The position numbers were made by a program, and so were the translations under genes. A stretch of 64,000 bases of DNA. Source: Eledone cirrhosa (Eukaryota). Numbering within the stretch: the stretch's first letter is position 1; each line of letters starts with the position of its first letter. Below the pieces are notes generated by a model. It saw only the letters and a list, made by a program, of their open reading frames with translations. It did not search any database and was not told where the DNA came from. The stretch is from positions 18,104,001 through 18,168,000 of the forward strand of contig OZ024763.1 of NCBI GenBank assembly GCA_964016885.1, read 5' to 3'. This document shows positions 38,295-52,400 of the stretch, piece by piece.

Positions 38295-38588
38295 TCATCA
38301 TCATCATTTTACGTCCGCTTTTCCCTGCTTGCAAGGGTGGGACGGGAATTGATCTACAGCTGGATGCCCTTCCTAACACCAACCTCATTTACAGTGAGTG
38401 CTGGGTGCTTTTTTTTCCGTGGCGCCTCCACAACCACTTTACAGTGGAATGATAGGGACCCGAGTCCCTATCACCTCATTTCTACAGCTGAGTAAACTGG
38501 AGCAATGTGAAATAAAGTCTCTTGCTCAAGGAAACAACACATCACCCGGTCTGAGAATAGAACTCACAACCTTTCGATTGCAAGGCCA
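38295..38588 (-). mobile_element. SINE family A
   Basis: Reverse complement of the 15388 element. Confidence 0.9.
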
Positions 38589-38592
38589 TATA

Positions 38593-38634
<42 letters not shown>

Positions 38635-38699
38635 CAAAGGTGTTTCTGGCTGGTTTTCTACGGCTGGATGCCCTTCCTAACGCCAATATATGCAATAAT

Positions 38700-39540
38700 A
38701 ATAATTGTTTCTACTATTGGCACTAGGCCAGCAATTATCCAGTACATTACTGGTACTTTATTTTGTTTCTACTTTAGGCACAAGGCCAGCAATTACCCAG
38801 TACATTACTGGTACTTTATTTTGTTTCTACTTTAGGCACAAGGCCAGCAAATACCCAGTGCATTATTGGTACTTTATTTTGTCGACCCCCGTAAGGATGA
38901 AAGGCAAAGTTAACCTCGGCGGGATTTGACTCAGACTGTAAAGGGCCGTAACTCTATGCTTCAAAGCATGGCATCCGACCCTCTACCGATACTGCCAATC
39001 CACCGCCTTTATATATAATAGTAATAATAATAAAAAGGACAAAGTGTTAGATCTTCATTACATTTATTGAGGTGTGATGAGCATGTTGCTATTGATCAGC
39101 TCAAGGTTCGATCTGTATTGATTTGGTCTGACTCTGGAATCAAAGGCTCATCAGACTTCTCTTACGGTAATGACAGGTAAATGCAGGTAATATCTTGGAA
39201 TGATTTAGCAGAAAATATCTTTAAAAACATTTAATAATGGTTTCTACGTTAGGCACAAGGCCAGCAAAATACCCAGTGTATTACTGGTACTTTATTTTAT
39301 CGACCCCGTAAGGATGAAAAGCAAAGTTAACCTCGGCGGGATTTGAACTCAGAATGGCAAGGGCCGTAACTCTATGCGCCAAAGCATGGCATCCGACACT
39401 CTACCAATATTGCCAATCCACCGCCTATTAAAAACATTTAATAATGGTTTCTTTCATAGGCACAAGGATAGCAATTTTGTGGCCATAACTCTATGCTGCA
39501 AAGCATGGTGTCTGACCCTCTACTGATACTGCCAATCCAC
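38700..39540 (-). mobile_element. SINE family B cluster with triplicated tail
   Basis: Family B sequence; the about 60-bp tail is repeated three times at 38703-38880. Confidence 0.8.
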
Positions 39541-40522
39541 AGAATTGGTAGAGCATCGAAGGGAGAAAGAGGTTGAGAGAGATATGAGTGAGAGATTGAG
39601 GGTAAAGAAAGGGAGATATGAGGGAGAGAGTGAGGGTAAAGAAAGGGAGATAGGAGGGAGAGAGTGAGAGAAAGGTAGAGAGAGAGAGACAAACTGACAA
39701 AGGTAGAGAGGAAGAGAGGGGAGGTTAGAGAGAGGAAAAGGTATATATGTTGTGTTTTTGTCTTTTGTTTACTTTTGTTGGTGTTGGTGTTGTTGTTGTT
39801 CAACTGCCCAGTTTTCTGTTCAATGAAACAACTTGTCTTCTGAAAAGATAAGCACCTTTACAGTTATTCTTGTAGACATCTTGATGGTGGTGGTGGTGTG
39901 GTGGTGATGTGGTGGTGGTGGTGTTGGTGGTGATGATGTGGTGGTGGTGTTGGTGATGATGTGGTGGTGGTGTTGATGGTGATGGTGTTGGTGGTGATGG
40001 TGTTGGTGTTGGTGATGATGTGGTGTTGGTGGTGATGATGATGGTGTTGATGTGGTGGTGATGTTGGTGATGATGTGGTGTTGGTGGTGATGATGATGGT
40101 GTTGATGTGGTGGTGGTGGTGTTGGTGATGATGTGGTGGTGGTGTTGGTGGTGGTGTTGGTGGTGATGGTGTTGATGTGGTGGTGGTGTTGATGTGGTGG
40201 TGGTGTTGATGTGGTGGTGGTGTTGATGATGTGGTGGTGGTGGTGATGGTGTTGATGTGGTGGTGGTGGTGTTGGTGGTGATGATGGTGGTCGCTGTGGC
40301 GGCAGCATTATTTGTGGTGGTGGCGGCGGCAGTGATGGTGATGATAGTGATGATGGCGTTGATTGTTAAGGTGTATATTCGATTATATAGGCGACCCTGT
40401 CTAACCCATGCAAGCATGGAAAAATAGACATTAAACGATGATGATGATGATGATGATGATGATAATACAGTAATTGGAACTCCTGACACTTCTTCAACCA
40501 AACAATCAGCATTTATATAGAT

Positions 40523-41555
40523 CAGATGTTCTCAAAGTGGGCACTCACCCCCACTCCATCCACCCATTGGAGGGGAGATCCAGGGGTCGCTGGGGGGGGG
40601 GGGGACATAGATATAAAAGTATATTAAATATCAAATGATACATATATATAAATATAGTAAAATAAAAAATATATAATATTTATTTATACATAGTATATAT
40701 ATTATATTATTTATTTATATACTACTAAAACTCTGTGATTGTGTGCTTGTCTGTAATTTAATACAGCCAAAACAGCACATTATTGGAAAATACTTTAAAA
40801 TGAGAATACAAATGGAACAAAACAAGTTTTGTGTAATTCGGTGCATGGGTTCCCGAGACACAGGGTTTTTCTGGGCACCTTCATAAATATAGAGAGAGAG
40901 AAGGATAGAGATAAAGGGATAGTGGTTGTGAGAGAGAAGATTGAAAGAGAGAGAGAGGCAGAGAAGGAAAATGGAAGAGAGAGAGAGCTGGTGGTGTTGT
41001 TGAATGAAATTATAACATGTGACTTGTGTGTGTGACCAGTGTATATAGGACACACATATATATATATACACACACACACATATATATATTATATATATAT
41101 ATATGTACACATACACACACACACATATATATATATGGGCCTTCCAATTTCATTTTACATTATATACATGTCTGTATATATTTCAATTATTTAAAAATTA
41201 TTTTTAAGTTAAAGTGACCCAGCGGGTCACAGGTGGTCTCATTATATATAAAATAATTGTTTCTACTTTAGGCACAAGGCCAGCAATTACCCAGTACATT
41301 ACTGGTACTTTATTTTATCGACCTCGTAAGGATGAAAAGCAAAGTCAACCTCGGCGGGATTTGAACTCAGATCGTAAAGGGACGTAACTATGCTGGAAAG
41401 CATGGCGTCCGACCCTCTACCGATACTGCCAATCCATTTATTATATATTATTTACAATTTGTGAGTAGGCAGTCTCTCTGGAAACAGGGGTGGGGGCACT
41501 GAGGGTATTATGTGGCCAGGAGATGGGCGTGCCCCGAAAAGTTTGAGAACCCCTG
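40523..41555. mobile_element. Non-autonomous hAT-type transposon with nested SINE B (41255-41437)
   Basis: TIRs CAGATGTTCTCAAA / TTTGAGAACCCCTG and perfect 8-bp TSD ATATAGAT. Confidence 0.8.
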
Positions 41556-41629
41556 ATATAGATTATGAGTCTCAAACCAGTACAACTTTCTCTCCTCCAC
41601 ACTATATCGTATTTCTCTCAAACCCAGTT

Positions 41630-42280
41630 TTCCCCCCTCTCAACGCCACCCTCTCTCAACTCCCCCCTCTCACAACTCCCCCCACCTTCAACTCGACCCA
41701 CCCTCCCTCCCTCAACTCTACCCACCCTCCCTCCCTCAACTCTCCCTCCCTCAACTCTCCCTCTCTCAACTCTCCCTCACTCAACCCTCCCTCACTCAAC
41801 CCTCCCTCACTCAACTCTCCCTCTCTCAACCTCCCTTCTCTCTACCCCCTTCTCTCTCAACTCTCCCTCTCTCTCTCTCAACTCTCCCTCAACTCTCCTC
41901 TCCCTCTCTCCCAACTCTCCCTCTCCCTCTCTCAACTCTCTTTCTCAACTCTCCCTCACTCTCTCAATTCTCCCTCACTCTCTCAACTCTCTTTCTCAAC
42001 TCTCCCTCTCTCAACCCCCCTTCTCTCCCTCTCTCAACCCCCCTTCTCTCCCTCTCTCAACCCCCCTTCTCTCTCAACTCTCTCCCTCTCTCAACCCCCC
42101 TTCTCTCTCAACTCTCTCTCTCTCAACTCTCAACTCTCAACTCTCTCTCTCTCAACTCTCTCTCTCTCTCAACTCTCTCTCTCTCAACTCTCCCCCCCTC
42201 AACTCTCCCTCCCTCAACTCTCCCTCCCTCAACTCTCCCTCCCTCAACTCCCCCCACTCTCTCAACCCCCCTCCCAACGT
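41630..42280. repeat. Pyrimidine-rich (CTCTCAAC-based) low-complexity repeat
   Basis: Direct reading. Confidence 0.9.
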
Positions 42281-42729
42281 CTTATTTGCTGTGTTCTGTC
42301 GTCCTTGTGCACTAAAACATTTCACATGCTACAGTTTAATAAAGTAGAGCAAAGGTATTTTAATTACAAACGACCTATTTTGTTAATTAGTAATTAACCC
42401 AGCCCTGTTGCCTCACTGAACACTCTAATGTTGGACCCGATTGCACCATATTCCTTGTAACAACAACAACAACATCTGTTACTTCACTTCCTGTGAGTTT
42501 TCTTTAACTAGAAACCTTATAAATAAAATACACAGACATATATAATGACAGTGAGAGAAAAAAACCCCACCAAAAATCCACTCGATTCAACCCTAAGTAT
42601 GTCATTCGGTGACACACCTCAAGGGTCATTGGAAATATTTTAGGCAAGCCAGCACATTCGCAGCATTACCATGAATATGAGGTTTATGATTAAGACTTCT
42701 GTACTTTAACTGTAATTCAGTCTTGTAAC

Positions 42730-43228
42730 ATTACCCCTTTAATTACCATATTTCTAATTAACTCTCCCATTACCATATTTCTAATGAAAGACACTGCCTA
42801 TGTCTTTAACCCTTTCATTACCATATTTCTAATGAAAGACACTGTCTATGTCTTTAACCCTTTCATTACCATATTTCTAATGAAAGACACTGTCTATGTC
42901 TTTAACCCTTTCATTACCATATTTCTAATGAAAGACACTGTCTATGTCTTTAACCCTTTCATTACCATATTTCTAATGAAAGACCCTGTCTATGTCTTTA
43001 ACCCTTTCATTACCACATTTCTAATGAAAGACACTGTCTATGTCATTAACCCTTTCATTACCATATATCTAATGAAAGACACTATCTCATTAACCCTTTC
43101 ATTACCATATTTCTAATGAAAGACACTGTCTATGTTTTTAACCCTTTCATTACCATATTTCTAATGAAAGACACTGTCTATGTCTTTAACCCTTTCATTA
43201 CCATATTTCTAATGAAAGACACTGCTCC
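42730..43228. repeat. 48-bp tandem repeat, about 10 copies, built on a TTAACCCTTT MITE-like terminus
   Basis: Unit TTAACCCTTTCATTACCATATTTCTAATGAAAGACACTGTCTATGTCT; unrelated to the other 48-bp family. Confidence 0.9.
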
Positions 43229-43801
43229 CTAAGGTTTTCAGATAATTTTGAAAATAATAACATTTTTTAAAGGATTTTAGTATTATGACTAACTTTCTTG
43301 TTACACTGGTTTTTTTAACATAATTTAACAAAGGTTCTTACATAAAATGATGACATTTTGGTCTTAATACCACCAAAACTAGGATAAGCACCGGTCTGAT
43401 GAACATGCGAGCTCAAGACAGACTTTAGAATGATTATGATGATGATGATGATGATGTTTAGTCTCCGCTCACTGCCCACCAAATCACCAAATATATGCAT
43501 ATGCATGTATTTCTCTCTCTCTCTCTCATTTCTTTATAGAAGATAGTCATCTTATACATACATATATTTGGTAATGATGATGCTGTAATGTTTCATTATA
43601 GGGTAAGTTCAAGTAACACCCATATATATATATAGAGAGAGAGAGGAACGAGTAGTAGGACTATAGTCCAGAATTAGCCGTCGAAACGGCTTGAGCTCAG
43701 CCGTCGGCGTCCTACTCGTTCCTATTACCCACTCTACTACCCTAAGTATTGAGTACTTTGGTGTGTTATGGTCCACCTGGTTCCTTACCACATTTCCTTC
43801 G

Positions 43802-43839
<38 letters not shown>

Positions 43840-44419
43840 GTGTTACTTGAACTTACCCTATAAAAAAACTGCGATAATATTGCTTTATGCTGAACTCCAT
43901 ATATTTTGTTGAGTTTTTTTTTTTAATGTTTTGACTGCTGTTTCTTGTAAACAGACATTCGTCTCATTCTGACGTCACTAGCCCTGTCTCCATGTGTGTT
44001 TATTAATTCAATTCCACACGAGGTTTGACTAGCCTGCTTTTAAATTCCCCTCTGGCATATTTTAGCTGTGGTACTTAGTTAACATGTTAACCACTACTGA
44101 GGAATGATTCCAACCGTCACTAACCCCGCTGAAAAGTTTCGTGAAATAGTCTTTTTAAGACTAAATAGTGCATTTGTAGATTTTTCCAAATTGACGGATA
44201 AGTATTTACTCTTAATTTTATTTTGAGTTAAGATTCTATTGGTTTTTTTCCCCGGATTACACAAAATCTGTGCATAAAATTTCTGGTCTTGACTTGTTTT
44301 GAATTGGGATTAAATTATTTTCCCATATCTTACGTTAAATATTTTTCATCTTGACGTAATAGTCACTTATATGTCTGGATTACTGTTGGCTTCTTGCTTA
44401 CATTAATTTCTCTATTTTC

Positions 44420-44610
44420 AGGGCGGTGGATTGGCAGTATCAGTAGAGGGTCGGACGCCATGCTTTCCAGCATAGTTACGTCCCTTTACGATCTGAGTTC
44501 AAATCCCGCTGAGGTTGACTTTGCCTTTCATCCTTACGGGGTCGATAAAATAAAGTACCAGTAATGCACTGGGTAATTGCTGGCCTTGTGCCTAAAGTAA
44601 AAACAATTAA
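44420..44610 (+). mobile_element. SINE family B, full length, TSD ATTAATTTCTCTATTTTCA
   Basis: Complete head GGGCGGTGGATTGGCAG, body, tail and flanking direct repeat. Confidence 0.9.
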
Positions 44611-44623
44611 TTTCTCTATTTTC

Positions 44624-44665
<42 letters not shown>

Positions 44666-44669
<4 letters not shown>

Positions 44670-44928
44670 TCAGACCGGGTGATGTGTTGTTTCCTTGAGC
44701 AAGACACTTTATTTCACATTGCTCCAGTTTACTCAGCTGTAGAAATGAGATGATAGGGACTGGGGTCCCTATCATTCCACTGCAGAGTGGTCGTGGAGGC
44801 GCCACGGCAAAAAAAAAAAGCATCCAGCACTCACTGTAAATGAGGTTGGTGTTAGGAAGGGCATCCAGCTGTAGAAATCAAGCCAGAATCAGTTCCCGTC
44901 CCACCCTTGCAAGCAGGGAAAAGTGGAC

Positions 44929-44932
<4 letters not shown>
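44666..44932 (+). mobile_element. SINE family A, 5'-truncated
   Basis: CORE-like domain and tail. Confidence 0.9.
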
Positions 44933-44964
<32 letters not shown>

Positions 44965-44989
44965 CATTTTATATATATATATATATATA

Positions 44990-45930
44990 TAATATACATT
45001 ATATATATTATATACATTATATATATTATATACATTATATAAAAGTATATATTTGATTGTATATATGTATCTATTTGTATATACATTTTTTAAAAGTATA
45101 TTTTGTATATACATTAAATAAAAGTATATATTTGTATATATATACATTATATAAAAGTATATATTTGTATATATATATACATTATATAAAAGTATATATT
45201 TGTATATATATATACATTATATAAAAGTATATATTTGTATATATATACATTATATAAAAGTATATATTTGTATACATATACATTAAATAAAAGTATATAT
45301 TTGTATATATATATACATTATATAAAAGTATATATTTGTATATATATATACATTAAATAAAAGTATATATTTGTATATATATACATTAAATAAAAGTATA
45401 TATTTGTATGTATATATATATATATATATATATGCAATATATAAAAGTATATATTTGTATATATATACATTAAATAAAAGTATATATTTGTATATATATA
45501 TATATATATATATACATTATATAAAAGTATATATTTGTATATATATACATTATATAAAAGTATATATTTGTATATATATACATTAAATAAAAGTATATAT
45601 TTGTATATATATATACATTAAATAAAAGTATATATTTGTATATATATACATTAAATAAAAGTATATATTTGTATGTGTATATATATATATATATATATAT
45701 GCATTATATAAAAGTATATATTTGTATGTATATATATATATATATATATACATTAAATAAAAGTATATATTTGTATATATATATACATTAAATAAAAGTA
45801 TATATTTGTATATATATACATTAAATAAAAGTATATATTTGTATATATATATATACATTATATAAAAGCATATATTTGTGTGTATATATATATATATATA
45901 CATTATATAAAAGCATATATTTGTTTATAT
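44990..45930. repeat. AT-rich about 34-36-bp minisatellite
   Basis: ACATTATATAAAAGTATATATTTG(TA)n units. Confidence 0.9.
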
Positions 45931-46454
45931 ATATATATATATATATATACAGTGCATATATATATATATATATACAGTGTATATATATATATATATATAT
46001 ACATATATACAGTGTATATATAATCTGTGAGCGTATGTACCACCGTCCCCACCACCATTCCTGTATCTAGCCATTCACACACACATTTCTACACTAACTG
46101 GCTGATACCAGTTTGTGTTAATAGTGACTCCACCTCAAATATAATATGTCTACAGCATCTCGGTTACATCGGCTGTAACCCTCCTGGGGCAGTAACTTGA
46201 ACTGACTATATAATGAAGTATTGCAGTAACAACAACAACATTATCATCATCATTGTCAATCAACATCATCACCATCATCACCATCATCATCACCATCATC
46301 AGTATCATTGTCATCATCACTATCACCATCACCATCACCATCATCACCATCGTCACCATCACAAACATCACCATCACAAACATCGCTATCACAAACAACA
46401 GCATCACTATCATCACAACCACCATGTGGGAGATCTGTAGCTCCACTTCAGTAC

Positions 46455-49400
46455 TGACCGTAAGTCCAACACCCTTACCACTAGGCCACACACTGTCACA
46501 CACCATACAACCCAGTCCAGGTATCAAACCTATGACATTATGACTGTAAGTCCAACACCCTTACCACTAGGCCACACACTGTCACACACCATACAACCCA
46601 GTCCAGGTATCAAACCTATGACATTATGACTGTAAGTCCAACACCCTTACCACTAGGCCACACACTGTCACACACCATACAACCCAGTCCAGGTATCAAA
46701 CCTATGACATTATGACTGTAAGTGCAACACCCTTACCACTAGGCCACACACTGTCACACACCATACGACCCAGTCCAGGTATCAAACCTATGACATTATG
46801 ACTGTAAGTCCAACACCCTTACCACTAGGCCACACACTGTCACACACCATACAACCCAGTCCAGGTATCAAACCTATGACATTATGACTGTAAGTCCAAC
46901 ACCCTTACCACTAGGCCACACACTGTCACACACCATACAACCCAGTCCAGGTATCAAACCTATGACATTATGACTGTAAGTCCAACACCCTTACCACTAG
47001 GCAACACACTGTCACACACCATACAACCCAGTCCAGGTATCACACCTATGACATTATGACTGTAAGTCCAACACCCTTACCACTAGGCCACACACTATCA
47101 CACACCATACAACCCAGTCCAGGTATCAAACCTATGACATTATGACTGTAAGTCCAACGACTTTACCACTAGGCCACACACTGTCACACACCATACAACC
47201 CAGTCCAGGTATCAAACCTATGACATTATGACTGTAAGTCCAACACCCTTACCACTAGGCCACACACTGTCACACACCATACAACCCAGTCCAGGTATCA
47301 AACCTATGACATTATGACTGTAAGTCCAACACCCTTACCACTAGGCCACACACTGTCACACACCATACAACCCAGTCCAGGTATCAAACCTATGACATTA
47401 TGACTGTAAGTCCAACACCCTTACCACTAGGCCACACACTGTCACACACCATACAACCCAGTCCAGGTATCAAACCTATGACATTATGACTGTAAGTCCA
47501 ACGACTTTACCGTTAGGCCACACACTGTCACACACCATACAACCCAGTCCAGGTATCAAACCTATGACATTATGACTGTAAGTCCAACACCCTTACCACT
47601 AGGCCACACACTGTCACACACCATACAACCCAGTCCAGGTATCAAACCTATGACATTATGACTGTAAGTCCAACACCCTTACCACTAGGCCACACACTGT
47701 CACACACCATACAACCCAGTCCAGGTATCAAACCTATGACATTATGACTGTAAGTCCAACACCCTTACCACTAGGCCACACACTATCACATACCATACAA
47801 CCCAGTCCAGGTATCAAACCTATGACATTATGACTGTAAGTCCAACGACTTTACCACTAGGCCACACACTGTCACACACCATACAACCCAGTCCAGGTAT
47901 CAAACCTATGACATTATGACTGTAAGTCCAACACCCTTACCACTAGGCCACACACTGTCACACACCATACAACCCAGTCCAGGTATCAAACCTATGACAT
48001 TATGACTGTAAGTCCAACGACTTTACCACTAGGCCACACACTGTCACACACCATACAACCCAGTCCAGGTATCAAACCTATGACATTATGACTGTAAGTC
48101 CAACACCCTTACCACTAGGCCACACACTGTCACACACCATACAACCCAGTCCAGGTATCAAACCTATGACATTATGACTGTAAGTCCAACACCCTTACCA
48201 CTAGGCCACACACTGTCACACACCATACAACCCAGTCCAGGTATCAAACCTATGACATTATGACTGTAAGTCCAACGACTTTACCACTAGGCCACACACT
48301 GTCACACACCATACAACCCAGTTCAGGTATCAAACCTATGACATTATGACTGTAAGTCCAACGACTTTACCACTAGGCCACACACTGTCACACACCATAC
48401 AACCCAGTCCAGGTATCAAACCTATGACATTATGACTGTAAGTCCAACACCCTTACCACTAGGCCATACACTGTCACACACCATACAACCCAGTCCAGGT
48501 ATCAAACCTATGACATTATGACTGTAAGTCCAACGACTTTACCACTAGGCCACACACTGTCACACACCATACAACCCAGTCCAGGTATCAAACCTATGAC
48601 ATTATGACTGTAAGTCCAACGACTTTACCACTAGGCCACACACTGTCACACACCATACAACCCAGTCCAGGTATCAAACCTATGACATTATGACTGTAAG
48701 TCCAACACCCTTACCACTAGGCCACACACTGTCACACACCATACAACCCAGTCCAGGTATCAAACCTATGACATTATGACTGTAAGTCCAACACCCTTAC
48801 CACTAGGCCACACACTGTCACACACCATACAACCCAGTCCAGGTATCAAACCTATGACATTATGACTGTAAGTCCAACACCCTTACCACTAGGCCACACA
48901 CTGTCACACACCATACAACCCAGTCCAGGTATCAAACCTATGACATTATGACTGTAAGTCCAACGACTTTACCGTTAGGCCACACACTGTCACACACCAT
49001 ACAACCCAGTCCAGGTATCAAACCTATGACATTATGACTGTAAGTCCAACACCCTTACCACTAGGCCACACACTGTCACACACCATACAACCCAGTCCAG
49101 GTATCAAACCTATGACATTATGACTGTAAGTCCAACACCCTTACCACTAGGCCACACACTGTCACACACCATACAACCCAGTCCAGGTATCAAACCTATG
49201 ACATTATGACTGTAAGTCCAACACCCTTACCACTAGGCCACACACTATCACACACCATACAACCCAGTCCAGGTATCAAACCTATGACATTATGACTGTA
49301 AGTCCAACGACTTTACCACTAGGCCACACACTGTCACACACCATACAACCCAGTCCAGGTATCAAACCTATGACATTATGACTGTAAGTCCAACACCCTT

Positions 49401-52400
49401 ACCACTAGGCCACACACTGTCACACACCATACAACCCAGTCCAGGTATCAAACCTATGACATTATGACTGTAAGTCCAACGACTTTACCACTAGGCCACA
49501 CACTGTCACACACCATACAACCCAGTCCAGGTATCAAACCTATGACATTATGACTGTAAGTCCAACACCCTTACCACTAGGCCACACACTGTCACACACC
49601 ATACAACCCAGTCCAGGTATCAAACCTATGACATTATGACTGTAAGTCCAACACCCTTACCACTAGGCCACACACTGTCACACACCATACAACCCAGTCC
49701 AGGTATCAAACCTATGACATTATGACTGTAAGTCCAACGACTTTACCACTAGGCCACACACTGTCACACACCATACAACCCAGTTCAGGTATCAAACCTA
49801 TGACATTATGACTGTAAGTCCAACGACTTTACCACTAGGCCACACACTGTCACACACCATACAACCCAGTCCAGGTATCAAACCTATGACATTATGACTG
49901 TAAGTCCAACACCCTTACCACTAGGCCATACACTGTCACACACCATACAACCCAGTCCAGGTATCAAACCTATGACATTATGACTGTAAGTCCAACGACT
50001 TTACCACTAGGCCACACACTGTCACACACCATACAACCCAGTCCAGGTATCAAACCTATGACATTATGACTGTAAGTCCAACGACTTTACCACTAGGCCA
50101 CACACTGTCACACACCATACAACCCAGTCCAGGTATCAAACCCACGACATTATGACCGTAAGTCCAACACCCTTACTCCTAGGCCACACACTGTCACACA
50201 CCATACAACCCAGTCCAGGTATCAAACCTATGACATTATGACTGTAAGTCCAACACCCTTACCACTAGGCCACACACTGTCACACACCATACAACCCAGT
50301 CCAGGTATCAAACCTATGACATTATGACTGTAAGTCCAACGACTTTACCACTAGGCCACACACTGCCACACACCATACAACCCAGTCCAGGTATCAAACC
50401 TATGACATTATGACTGTAAGTCCAACACCCTTACCACTAGGCCACACACTGTCACACACCATACAACCCAGTCCAGGTATCAAACCTATGACATTATGAC
50501 TGTAAGTCCAACACCCTTACCACTAGGCCACACACTGTCACACACCATACAACCCAGTCCAGGTATCAAACCTATGACATTATGACTGTAAGTCCAACAC
50601 CCTTACCACTAGGCCACACACTATCACACACCATACAACCCAGTCCAGGTATCAAACCTATGACATTATGACTGTAAGTCCAACGACTTTACCACTAGGC
50701 CACACACTGTCACACACCATACAACCCAGTCCAGGTATCAAACCTATGACATTATGACTGTAAGTCCAACACCCTTACCACTAGGCCACACACTGTCACA
50801 CACCATACAACCCAGTCCAGGTATCAAACCTATGACATTATGACTGTAAGTCCAACGACTTTACCACTAGGCCACACACTGTCACACACCATACAACCCA
50901 GTCCAGGTATCAAACCTATGACATTATGACTGTAAGTCCAACACCCTTACCACTAGGCCACACACTGTCACACACCATACAACCCAGTCCAGGTATCAAA
51001 CCTATGACATTATGACTGTAAGTCCAACACCCTTACCACTAGGCCACACACTGTCACACACCATACAACCCAGTCCAGGTATCAAACCTATGACATTATG
51101 ACTGTAAGTCCAACGACTTTACCACTAGGCCACACACTGTCACACACCATACAACCCAGTTCAGGTATCAAACCTATGACATTATGACTGTAAGTCCAAC
51201 GACTTTACCACTAGGCCACACACTGTCACACACCATACAACCCAGTCCAGGTATCAAACCTATGACATTATGACTGTAAGTCCAACACCCTTACCACTAG
51301 GCCATACACTGTCACACACCATACAACCCAGTCCAGGTATCAAACCTATGACATTATGACTGTAAGTCCAACGACTTTACCACTAGGCCACACACTGTCA
51401 CACACCATACAACCCAGTCCAGGTATCAAACCTATGACATTATGACTGTAAGTCCAACGACTTTACCACTAGGCCACACACTGTCACACACCATACAACC
51501 CAGTCCAGGTATCAAACCCACGACATTATGACCGTAAGTCCAACACCCTTACTCCTAGGCCACACACTGTCACACACCATACAACCCAGTCCAGGTATCA
51601 AACCAATGACATTATGACTGTAAGTCCAACACCCTTACCACTAGGCCACACACTGTCACACACCATACAACCCAGTCCAGGTATCAAACCTATGACATTA
51701 TGACTGTAAGTCCAACGACTTTACCACTAGGCCACACACTGCCACACACCATACAACCCAGTCCAGGTATCAAACCTATGACATTATGACTGTAAGTCCA
51801 ACACCCTTACCACTAGGCCACACACTGTCACACACCATACAACCCAGTCCAGGTATCAAACCTATGACATTATGACTGTAAGTCCAACGACTTTACCACT
51901 AGGCCACACACTGTCACACACCATACAACCCAGTCCAGGTATCAAACGTATGACATTATGACTGTAAGTCCAACACCCTTACCCCTAGGCCACACACTGT
52001 CACACACCATACAACCCAGTCCAGGTATCAAACCTATGACATTATGACTGTAAGTCCAACACCCTTACCACTAGGCCACACACTGTCACACACCATACAA
52101 CCCAGTCCAGGTATCAAACCTATGACATTATGACTGTAAGTCCAACACCCTTACCACTAGGCCACACACTGTCACACACCATACAACCCAGTCCAGGTAT
52201 CAAACCTATGACATTATGACTGTAAGTCCAACACCCTTACCACTAGGCCACACACTGTCACACACCATACAACCCAGTCCAGGTATCAAACCTATGACAT
52301 TATGACTGTAAGTCCAACACCCTTACCGCTAGGCCACACACTGTCACACACCATACAACCCAGTCCAGGTATCAAACCTATGACATTATGACTGTAAGTC

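Noticed and set aside
39100-39190. Possible + strand exon with three tandem GGTAA donors
   Set aside because: Weak acceptor and no recognisable coding signal
44090-44145. CTGAGGA...GAAA possible hammerhead
   Set aside because: No convincing stem II
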